A DNA stretch of 24,000 bases, taken from assembly GCA_015488275.1 (NCBI GenBank), contig WFOD01000047.1:781-24780 (forward strand), written 5' to 3'. The notes under the pieces are model-generated. The model was given only the letters and a program-made list of their open reading frames with translations, was not told the origin of the DNA and did not search any database. This DNA comes from Deltaproteobacteria bacterium (lineage in GTDB: Bacteria > Desulfobacterota > Desulfobulbia > Desulfobulbales > S012-135). Of this stretch, positions 16,960 through 24,000 are shown in pieces (positions within the stretch are counted from its first letter, which is position 1; the number at the start of each line of letters is the position of its first letter). The translations under genes and the position numbers were made by a program.

Positions 16960-19869
16960 CTAGGCCTTGTTCTCGTCTCTGTCCCCCGATGGAGCGCCGG
17001 AGGGCAACACCCTGCGCATCGCATCCCGCAGGGCGGCGAAACGGTACGGCTTTTGGATGAAGCCGGCCAGCCCCTTGCCCACGAACTGCTGGGTGACCTC
17101 CTGCTCGTTATACCCCGACGACATGAGCACGCGCACGTCGGGCTTGATCCGCCGCAGTTCGCGGTAGGCCTGCTCGCCATCCATGTGGGGCATGGCGAGA
17201 TCGAGGAGCACGCAAACGATCTCCGCCGCCCGGGAACGGAAGAGCTCCACCCCCTGCCGGCCGTCCGCGGCGGTGATCACCTGAAAGCCCATGTGTTCAA
17301 GCATCCGCTTGGCCACCGAACGTACGGTCTCTTCGTCGTCCACCAGGAGCACCAGGCCCTCGCCCCGCCATTCCGCCTTGTCGGCCACCACGCTTTCGAT
17401 CCCCTCCACACTCCCCGGCACAGCGGGAAACAGGACCTTGAAGGTGGTGCCGCGGCCCAGTTCGGTGTACACCTTGATGCAGCCGCGGTGGCCGCGGACG
17501 ATGCCGAGCACGGCGCTCATGCCCAGTCCCCGGCCGGTGAACTTGGTGGTGAAAAACGGGTCGAAGAGCTTGGCCTTCACTTCCTCGGTCATGCCGCAGC
17601 CGGTATCCGCCACCTCGAGATACACGTACAACCCCTCGGGCAACTGCTCGTCGAGATAGGTCTCGGCCAGATAGCACCGGTCGCACTCCATTGCGCCGGT
17701 GGAGATCGAGATGATGCCCGACCGGTCGCCGATCGCCTCAGAGGCGTTGATGATCAGGTTCATGACCACCTGCCGGAGCTGGGTGGCGTCGGCCTCAATG
17801 GCGGGCAAGGGCTCGGACAGGTTCCACTTGAGCACCGCCTTCTTGGAGATCGACACCTCAAGCATGTGGGTCATCTCCTTGACCACCGCGTTGAGATCGA
17901 GCCGCTGAACCACGAACTTCCCCTTGCCCGAATAGGCGAGCATCTGCCGGCAGAGATCCGCGGCCCGGCGGGCGGCCTTTTCGATCGCCAGCAGGGAGTC
18001 CCGGCCTGGCGACACTGGCGACAGCTCCATGAGCGCGAGATCCGCGTTGCCCAGGATCGCCATGAGCAGGTTGTTGAAGTCGTGCGCTATGCCGCCGGCC
18101 AGGATGCCCAGGCTTTCGAGCTTTTGCACATGCTGCAACTGGGCCTCCATCCGCCGCCGCTCTTCCTCGGCCTGCTTTTCCGCTGTCACGTCGCGCAAGA
18201 TCAGCAACCGGCCGGAACGCCCCTCGCCCACGTCCTGGATCTCGGCCACCAGAAGCTCGCACGGCACCTTCCGGCCCGCACGGGTGCGGCAGGTCACCTC
18301 CACAGGGGCGGCGGAGACGGCCGCCTCTGCCACCAACGCGTCTGAGGCCAGCTCTGGGGCAAGGCGTTCCACCGCCATGCCAGCGGACTCGGCGGGCGGA
18401 TAGCCAAAGAGACGGGCAAAGGCCGGGTTGGCCGTCCGGACATGCCGGCCGTCAGGGTCCAGGAGCAGCACGGCGTCCGGTATGCCGTTGAAGATCGCCT
18501 CGAACATGGCCTGGCGGCGGACCGCCTCTTCCTCGGCCCGCTTGATCGGCGTAAGGTCGTGGTACACGGCCACGATCTCGCCAGAGGGCAGTTTATAGAC
18601 ATCGTTTTCCCGCCAGCCGGCAATGCGGCCGTCCTGATAGAAAGAGACCGGATGGTGGGCCGGCTCGCCGGTGCGCCACACCCGCTGGAACACCTCGAAC
18701 AGGCCAAACTCCCGCACGCCAGGGAAGACCTCGAGCACGCTGCGGCCGATGATCTCCTCGCGCCGGACCTGCTCATATTCCTCCACCGCCCGGTTGCAGT
18801 CCACAAAGATGAAGTCCTCGCCGTCGTTCACCGCCCGGTACACGGCCACCCCGCTCTTCATGTGGGCCACCAGTTGCCGGTAACGCGCCTCACTGGCCGC
18901 CAGGGCCTTTTCCAGGGCCCGCAGGGAAGAAATATCAAGAAGCACCCCCACCAGGCCGTCCACCGTGCCGTCTGGCCGGTGATAGGTGGCCTTGGACAGG
19001 ATGACGTTGCGGCGTCGGCCGTCACGCCTTTGCACCTGGCTCTCGTAACGCTGCACCCCGCCGCGCGCCAGAAGCTCCTCGTCGGCCTCCTGGTAGATGG
19101 CGGCAAGGTCGGGCGGCGCCACGTCGTGCACCGTATGGCCAACGATCTCTTCCCGCGAGGCGCCAAGAAACTCGGCAAAGGCGTCGTTGCACCCCAGGTA
19201 CACCCCCTGCCGGTCTTTGTAGAACACCGGATGGGGAATGGCGTCGAGCACGGCGCGCAGCAAGCGCTCCTGGCGCCCCAACTCCTCAAGGCGCATGATG
19301 TTCTTGATCGCCACCGCGGCCTGACAGGCAAGGCTCTGGAACAGGGCGACCTCTTCCTCCGTAAACACGCGCCGGCGGCAAGAGTGGCCGATGAGCACGC
19401 CAAAGACCTCCCCCTTTGCCATCATGGGCACGCAAAGAGCGGAGACGATGCCAAACTTCCGCACCACGGCCGGCACCGCAAAGCGCTTTTCCTGGGCAAA
19501 GTCCTCGACAACGGCCGGGCGTTTCTCCTTGACCACATAGGTCGAAAGCCCTTGCCCCTCCAGCAACGCAAAGGAGCCGATCATCGAGTCGGGAAAGCCC
19601 ACCGAATCGCGGATCCGCAAGGCCCGTCCCTTGTCCTCTAATAGCATGAGGGTGGAGAAATCAAAGGCGAACGCCGCATGGACCCGCTCCACGCAGGCCC
19701 GGAAGAGCAAGTCCACCTCCTCAATACGGGCGATATCCGCGGAAAAGGCGATGAGGTGCCCCAAGGCGCTCTGGCAGCGCTTCTCGCGCGCCAGCGCCTC
19801 GCGTAGCCGTTGCTCCAACTCCACCCCGGCGCGGCGGCCTGCGTCGCGCTTTTCAGGTCGTTGCTCCAT
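16960..19869 (-). CDS. Cytoplasmic hybrid sensor histidine kinase (GAF, multiple PAS, HisKA, HATPase, C-terminal receiver)
   Basis: GAF-like N-terminal region. Repeated PAS-like segments. H-box GGIAHDFNNLL. ATPase boxes DTGCGM and TKFTGRGLGMS. Receiver LVLLVDDEE...LLDLAMPHMDG...IQKPY. No obvious transmembrane segment. Confidence 0.9.
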   Translation of the reverse strand: MEQRPEKRDAGRRAGVELEQRLREALAREKRCQSALGHLIAFSADIARIEEVDLLFRACVERVHAAFAFDFSTLMLLEDKGRALRIRDSVGFPDSMIGSFALLEGQGLSTYVVKEKRPAVVEDFAQEKRFAVPAVVRKFGIVSALCVPMMAKGEVFGVLIGHSCRRRVFTEEEVALFQSLACQAAVAIKNIMRLEELGRQERLLRAVLDAIPHPVFYKDRQGVYLGCNDAFAEFLGASREEIVGHTVHDVAPPDLAAIYQEADEELLARGGVQRYESQVQRRDGRRRNVILSKATYHRPDGTVDGLVGVLLDISSLRALEKALAASEARYRQLVAHMKSGVAVYRAVNDGEDFIFVDCNRAVEEYEQVRREEIIGRSVLEVFPGVREFGLFEVFQRVWRTGEPAHHPVSFYQDGRIAGWRENDVYKLPSGEIVAVYHDLTPIKRAEEEAVRRQAMFEAIFNGIPDAVLLLDPDGRHVRTANPAFARLFGYPPAESAGMAVERLAPELASDALVAEAAVSAAPVEVTCRTRAGRKVPCELLVAEIQDVGEGRSGRLLILRDVTAEKQAEEERRRMEAQLQHVQKLESLGILAGGIAHDFNNLLMAILGNADLALMELSPVSPGRDSLLAIEKAARRAADLCRQMLAYSGKGKFVVQRLDLNAVVKEMTHMLEVSISKKAVLKWNLSEPLPAIEADATQLRQVVMNLIINASEAIGDRSGIISISTGAMECDRCYLAETYLDEQLPEGLYVYLEVADTGCGMTEEVKAKLFDPFFTTKFTGRGLGMSAVLGIVRGHRGCIKVYTELGRGTTFKVLFPAVPGSVEGIESVVADKAEWRGEGLVLLVDDEETVRSVAKRMLEHMGFQVITAADGRQGVELFRSRAAEIVCVLLDLAMPHMDGEQAYRELRRIKPDVRVLMSSGYNEQEVTQQFVGKGLAGFIQKPYRFAALRDAMRRVLPSGAPSGDRDENKA

Positions 19870-19923
19870 CCACTTCCCCCAGAATCTTTAGCGGAATCCG
19901 GCGGCACATCCCTGCGCCGCATA

Positions 19924-19972
19924 CAGCCCGTCGAACAAGCCATCCCTGGCTTTTCGACCACGGTTGGCCAGA
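19924..19972. repeat. REP-like palindromic element, copy B
   Basis: CAGCCCGTCGAACAAGCC-ATCCCT-GGCTTTTCGACCACGGTTGGCCAGA, near-identical in layout to copy A. Confidence 0.65.
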
Positions 19973-20019
19973 GAGGCCAGCCTTTATGCCGGCCATCGGC
20001 CAAAGGACCGCACCCCTCG

Positions 20020-20047
20020 TTGCACAAAACCGCGCCCCCGGTATAAT
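20020..20047 (+). promoter_or_regulatory. Candidate sigma70-type promoter (TTGCAC, 16-nt spacer, TATAAT) pointing into element C
   Basis: Perfect TATAAT at 20042-20047 in otherwise GC-rich DNA, with TTGCAC at 20020-25. There is no plus-strand gene downstream for about 1.6 kb. Confidence 0.3.
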
Positions 20048-20058
20048 GGCTCGCCTAT

Positions 20059-20100
20059 CAGTCCGTTGGAAAAGCCGTCCCTGGCTTTTTCAACGGGCTG
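20059..20100. repeat. REP-like palindromic element, copy C (most complete hairpin)
   Basis: CAGTCCGTTGGAAAAGCC-GTCCCT-GGCTTTTTCAACGGGCTG. The arms pair over about 18 positions with one extra T and one T/G. It abuts the NUDIX stop codon. Confidence 0.7.
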
Positions 20101-20529
20101 CTATGGCCGCGGTTCGAGCCCGTACAACCGGCGGACAAGACGCGCCTCTTCGACGTGCGTCAGCCGTTCCGCGGCAGCGGCCGGCGGCAACCAGGCAAGG
20201 CCGCGGACCTCGGCGCCTGCGGCAAAGGCGGCCGGGCCGTTGGCCCGCATGGTCCAAAAGACCACCACTTTGGGAGCGCGGCCGTGCAGATAGCTGGTGG
20301 CGCCGGCAAAGCCGGTGATCCGCGCCGAGCAGCCGGTCTCCTCGGCCACCTCGCGCACGGCGGTCTGCTCCAGGGACTCGCCCGGCTCCTGCTTGCCTTT
20401 GGGCAAGGCCCATTCCGGGCCGTAGAGCTCCCGGTAGATGACCGCGATGCGGTCCGAGCCGTCGGCCGCAGTCACGATGCCGCCTGCGGCCAGGATAAGG
20501 GGCGCCAGGCCGTGCTCCCCACCGCTCAC
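20101..20529 (-). CDS. NUDIX hydrolase
   Basis: NUDIX box [22 protein letters not shown]. The GTG start overlaps the fbp stop (GTGA). Confidence 0.85.
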   Translation of the reverse strand: MSGGEHGLAPLILAAGGIVTAADGSDRIAVIYRELYGPEWALPKGKQEPGESLEQTAVREVAEETGCSARITGFAGATSYLHGRAPKVVVFWTMRANGPAAFAAGAEVRGLAWLPPAAAAERLTHVEEARLVRRLYGLEPRP

Positions 20530-21554
20530 GCTTCTGGCTCCTCACCGGCCATGAACCGGGCCGCCACATCCACCGCGGCCTTGCTGCCGATGATGAGCGG
20601 CACCCGTTGGTGGAGCTCTTCGGGCTCGATATCCAGGATATCGCGGCCGTCATCGGTGATCGCCCGGCCGCCCGCCTGCTCGGCGATAAAGGCGAGGGGC
20701 GCGGCCTCGTAGAGCAGCCGCAGCTTGCCGCGGGGCTTGGCCGGGTTCTTGCGGTCGGACGGATAAAGAAAGATGCCGCCCGAGATGAGGTTGCGGTGGA
20801 AATCGGCCACCAGCGAGCCGATGTAGCGGCCAGAGAGCGGCCGGCCGGTGGGGCGGTTCTCGGCCTTGAGATAGTCGATGTAACGGCGGACCCTGTCGTC
20901 CCAGTAGATCGTGTTGCCCTCGTTGACGCTGAAGTACTTGGCCCGTTCCGGCATGGTGATGTCCGGATGCGACAGATAGAACTCGCCCACTGTCGGGTCC
21001 AGGGTGAAGCCGTCCACCCCCTGGCCGGTGGTGAAGACCAGCATGGTGGAGGAGCCGTAGATGATGTATCCGGCCGCCACCTGGTTGCGGCCAGGCTGGA
21101 GGAGATCGGTCTCCTCGCCCTGGCCGTTGACGCTCCTGCGGCGGTGGATGGAGAAGATCGTGCCAATGCTCACGTTGACATCGATATTGGAGGAGCCGTC
21201 CAGGGGATCAAAGGCCAGGGTATACTTGCCTTCGTAGCCCTCGGTCACGGGAATGATGTCCGCCTCTTCCTCCGAGGCCATGACGCACAGATAGCCGCAC
21301 CGGGACATGCGGCGTTTGATGAGCGAGTTGGCGTACTCGTCGAGCTTTTGGACATCCTCGCCCTGGACATTGGTCTTGCCGGCCTGCCCGAGGATGTCGG
21401 CCAGGCCGGCGCGGTTGACCTCAGCGGCGATGGTCTTGGCCGCCACGATCAGCTCGATGAGCAGGCTGGAAAGCTCGCCCGTGGCCTCTGGGTGCAGGTG
21501 CTGGTTATCAAGGATGTGACGGCTTACCGTAATACCCAAGGGTTTTGTATGCAT
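20526..21554 (-). CDS. fbp: Fructose-1,6-bisphosphatase, class 1
   Basis: Start at [15 protein letters not shown] (ATG 21554) with GGAGGAGGA upstream. Also [21 protein letters not shown] and [21 protein letters not shown]. Confidence 0.95.
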   Translation of the reverse strand: MHTKPLGITVSRHILDNQHLHPEATGELSSLLIELIVAAKTIAAEVNRAGLADILGQAGKTNVQGEDVQKLDEYANSLIKRRMSRCGYLCVMASEEEADIIPVTEGYEGKYTLAFDPLDGSSNIDVNVSIGTIFSIHRRRSVNGQGEETDLLQPGRNQVAAGYIIYGSSTMLVFTTGQGVDGFTLDPTVGEFYLSHPDITMPERAKYFSVNEGNTIYWDDRVRRYIDYLKAENRPTGRPLSGRYIGSLVADFHRNLISGGIFLYPSDRKNPAKPRGKLRLLYEAAPLAFIAEQAGGRAITDDGRDILDIEPEELHQRVPLIIGSKAAVDVAARFMAGEEPEA

Positions 21555-21636
21555 ATCTTTTCCTCCTCCTTGCCGTGTCTTGGCAACCTCATCCTCGGCT
21601 GGCCGGCCGGCACGGCCCGCCACTGAACGCACGCGC

Positions 21637-22956
21637 ATGCCTTCCCCTTCGGTGACCAACTGGCGCAGCTACCGCGACCTGCTGCGCGACAATCCCCGCT
21701 ACCGGCGGTTCTGGCTTGCCGGCGTCATCAGCCAGCTCGGCAACTGGTTCAACTATATCGCCGTGTTCGTCTTGCTCACCAACCTTGGCGGCGGTGGGGG
21801 CACGGTGAGCTGGTTTCTCATCGCCAAATTCCTGCCCACCACCATCTTCGGGCCCGCGGCCGGCGTGCTCGCCGACCGCTTCTCCCGCAAGGCGATCATG
21901 ATCGCCGCCGACCTTACCCGTATCGGCGTGGTCCTCGCCTTTCTCGCCGTGCGCCGGCCAGAACAGATCTGGCTCGTTTACCTGCTCGCCGTGGCGCAGG
22001 AGACCTTGTGGACCTTTTTCGACCCCGCCCGCCGGGCCTCCACCCCCAACCTGGTCTCACGCGCGCAACTGCCGTTGGCCAACGCCCTGTCCGGCGCCAC
22101 CTGGTCGGTGCTCCTCGCCCTTGGCGCCGCCCTAGGCGGCCTGACGACCGCCCTATGGGGCTGGCGCACGGCCATTGTGGTGGACGCCGCCACCTTTGCC
22201 CTCTCGGCCGCCATTCTCGCCACCATAGACCTGCCACAAACGCGCCCCTCGGCCCAGGAGCGCCCCCGGTCCAGCTGGCGGCAGCTTTCCGGCTGGGAGG
22301 ATATCCAGGCCGGCTACCGTTACCTGCGCCACAATCCAGAGGTGGCGCGGATCATGCTCGTCAAAAGCGGTTGGGCCCTGTCCGGCGGCATCCTGGTCAT
22401 GCTCACCGTGTTCGGCGAACAGGTCTTTCGCATCGGCGGGCATGGCGGCGGCAGCGGCCTCTTTTACAGCTTTCGCGGCATAGGGGCGGCCATCGGCCCG
22501 ATCCTCGCCTGGCGCCTGTTGGGCGATGACACGCCAGCCATGTACCGCGGCATCGCCGCCGCCTTCTTCATCTCCTCTGGCGCCTATCTTGCCTTCAGCA
22601 TGGCGCCCCATATCGCCATCGCCCTGCCCTTGGTGCTTGTGGGCCACATAGGCGGCTCCATCCAATGGGTCTTCTCCACCACCCTGCTCCAACAGATGGT
22701 TCCCGACTACGTTCGCGGCCGGGTGCTGGCCGCGGAAATGGCCCTGCTCACCCTGGTGCTGTCGCTCTCCACCCTCGCCACGGGCCAGGCCCTGGACGCC
22801 GGGCTCGGCCCGCGGCCCGTCACCGCCGCCCTGGCCCTGCTCTTTCTCCTGCCCGGCCTGTTCTGGCTCCTGCAGATCCGGCGCAAGCGCCTCACCCCGC
22901 CATCTGGAGCAGCTCCTCCAGCTGACGGCGGAAAAGATCCCGGCCAAAGGGCTTGA
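21637..22956 (+). CDS. MFS transporter
   Basis: About 12 hydrophobic segments. The N-terminal [26 protein letters not shown] and DRFSRK loop are typical of MFS efflux-type proteins. Start chosen at ATG 21637; the TTG at 21580 is also possible. Confidence 0.8.
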   Translation: MPSPSVTNWRSYRDLLRDNPRYRRFWLAGVISQLGNWFNYIAVFVLLTNLGGGGGTVSWFLIAKFLPTTIFGPAAGVLADRFSRKAIMIAADLTRIGVVLAFLAVRRPEQIWLVYLLAVAQETLWTFFDPARRASTPNLVSRAQLPLANALSGATWSVLLALGAALGGLTTALWGWRTAIVVDAATFALSAAILATIDLPQTRPSAQERPRSSWRQLSGWEDIQAGYRYLRHNPEVARIMLVKSGWALSGGILVMLTVFGEQVFRIGGHGGGSGLFYSFRGIGAAIGPILAWRLLGDDTPAMYRGIAAAFFISSGAYLAFSMAPHIAIALPLVLVGHIGGSIQWVFSTTLLQQMVPDYVRGRVLAAEMALLTLVLSLSTLATGQALDAGLGPRPVTAALALLFLLPGLFWLLQIRRKRLTPPSGAAPPADGGKDPGQRA

Positions 22957-24000
22957 CCAAAACCGCGTCGGCGCCAGCCGCGCGGATCAATTCATGCTGG
23001 ACCGGATCACCTTCTTCTGTGGCCACCAAGATCGGCAGCCGCTGCCAGCGGGGATCACGCCGCACCTCACGCACCAATTCGAATCCGCTCATCCGCTCCA
23101 TAACGAGTTCGGTCACCAGACAGTGCACCTCGGCCTCACGCCGGATCCGTTGCAAGGCGGCCAGCCCGTCCGCCGCCGCCAACACCTCGATTCCCAGGGC
23201 GATGGCCACGCTCTGGTAAAACGAGCGCATGGCGGCCGACTCGTCGGCCACCACAAGCCGCTTGCCAACCAGCGATACCGAGGAGGGCAAACTCGCCAGG
23301 CAGTGCGCGGCCTCCCCGTGCTGGCGCTCTTGCAAGACACGGCGCAGCAGACCGGCCGCTTCTGGATCGTTCGCCGACCGCACCGCCTCGCACAGCACGG
23401 CGGTGACGGCTGGATCGCGGACCAACGAGGCAAAGAGCCGCGCCGGCTTGGCCACCACCAAGGCGCGCAGGATGCGCTGCGCCTGATCGTCTTCAAGCAG
23501 GATCCGCCGGCGCAACACCTCGGCCACCGCTGGATCGTCCAGCAACTCGAGGCCGTGCAGCACGGCGATCAGCGCCAACTCATCCGTCTCCTCAAGCCCA
23601 TCCACGAGCCCGACCTTGCTCCGCACGGTGCCAAGGTTGCCCAGGGCCTGATAGACGGCAAACTTGAGCAGCGGCTCTTCGGCGGCGGCATCGCGCTCCA
23701 AGGCATCGGTCAAGATGGAGGAGGCGCCCATCTCGCCGCTCTTGCCCAAGATACGGGCGGCAAAGATCTTTTCATCCAGCACGCCGCGGGTCAGCAGGCG
23801 CTCGAGGGCCGGCAAGGCGGCCGCGCCCATGCCCACCAGGCTCTCCCCCACCAGTCGGCGGACAACCGGATTCGGATGGCGCAAATTGCGCACCAAAAGC
23901 GAAATCACCTCTTCCTCGCGGAAGTTACGTAACTCCTGAATGGCGAGCCCCAGCCATAGATCGCAGTCATCCGCCGGCCCAAGCTCGGCCAACCGACGGG
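22892..24000 (-). CDS. HEAT-repeat protein with C-terminal CheY-like receiver domain (frame is open to the window edge, so the N-terminus may be missing)
   Basis: HEAT/PBS-lyase-like repeats (NLRHPNPVVRRLVGESLVGMG, IFAARILGKSG). Receiver: RLVVADESAAMR...LVTELVMERMSGFELVREVR...ILVATEEG...VLVKPF. The 3' end overlaps the MFS 3' end convergently by 65 nt. Confidence 0.75.
   Translation of the reverse strand, partial: RRLAELGPADDCDLWLGLAIQELRNFREEEVISLLVRNLRHPNPVVRRLVGESLVGMGAAALPALERLLTRGVLDEKIFAARILGKSGEMGASSILTDALERDAAAEEPLLKFAVYQALGNLGTVRSKVGLVDGLEETDELALIAVLHGLELLDDPAVAEVLRRRILLEDDQAQRILRALVVAKPARLFASLVRDPAVTAVLCEAVRSANDPEAAGLLRRVLQERQHGEAAHCLASLPSSVSLVGKRLVVADESAAMRSFYQSVAIALGIEVLAAADGLAALQRIRREAEVHCLVTELVMERMSGFELVREVRRDPRWQRLPILVATEEGDPVQHELIRAAGADAVLVKPFGRDLFRRQLEELLQMAG

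Noticed and set aside
21555-21636. Sigma-54 promoter or operator in the fbp/MFS divergent region (TTGCC-N7-GGCAA at about 21566-21582)
   Set aside because: The GG and GC elements are in the wrong order and spacing for a -24/-12 promoter on either strand. A single 5-bp inverted repeat is too weak to call.

Overview
High-GC bacterial chromosomal window, probably from an anaerobic, sulfate-reducer-like lineage (inference only). 1-9.9 kb (+ strand) is a Hyb-type membrane-bound [NiFe]-hydrogenase module: hybA 3' end, large subunit, maturation protease and NrfD-like hybB, followed directly by hypA-hypB-hypF-hypC-hypD-hypE. The main finding is in the large subunit. It is interrupted by one in-frame TGA (418-420) at the second Cys of the N-terminal RxCGxC metal-binding motif. 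A hairpin 10 nt downstream has a loop beginning GGUC, as in the E. coli fdhF SECIS. I read this as selenocysteine recoding at a non-canonical ligand position, because the C-terminal DPCxxC motif, where known [NiFeSe] enzymes carry Sec, is all-Cys here. 9.9-12.0 kb holds a PaaI-type thioesterase, an orphan ORF and a visibly AT-richer islet. The islet carries a DUF4143 ATPase remnant and a Phd/YefM-RelE/ParE toxin-antitoxin pair, partitioned by three direct copies of one sequence (two identical 25-mers). 12-24 kb is mostly minus-strand housekeeping: NCS2 purine-type permease, thrC, gpmI, rsfS, a GAF-PAS-kinase-receiver hybrid sensor, a NUDIX hydrolase and fbp. It ends with an MFS transporter (+) and a HEAT-repeat protein with an atypical receiver domain. 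A REP-like palindromic element family occupies several intergenic gaps. No rRNA, tRNA, CRISPR array or intact transposase/integrase was seen. All calls rest on reading the translations and sequence by eye; no searches or folding programs were run.
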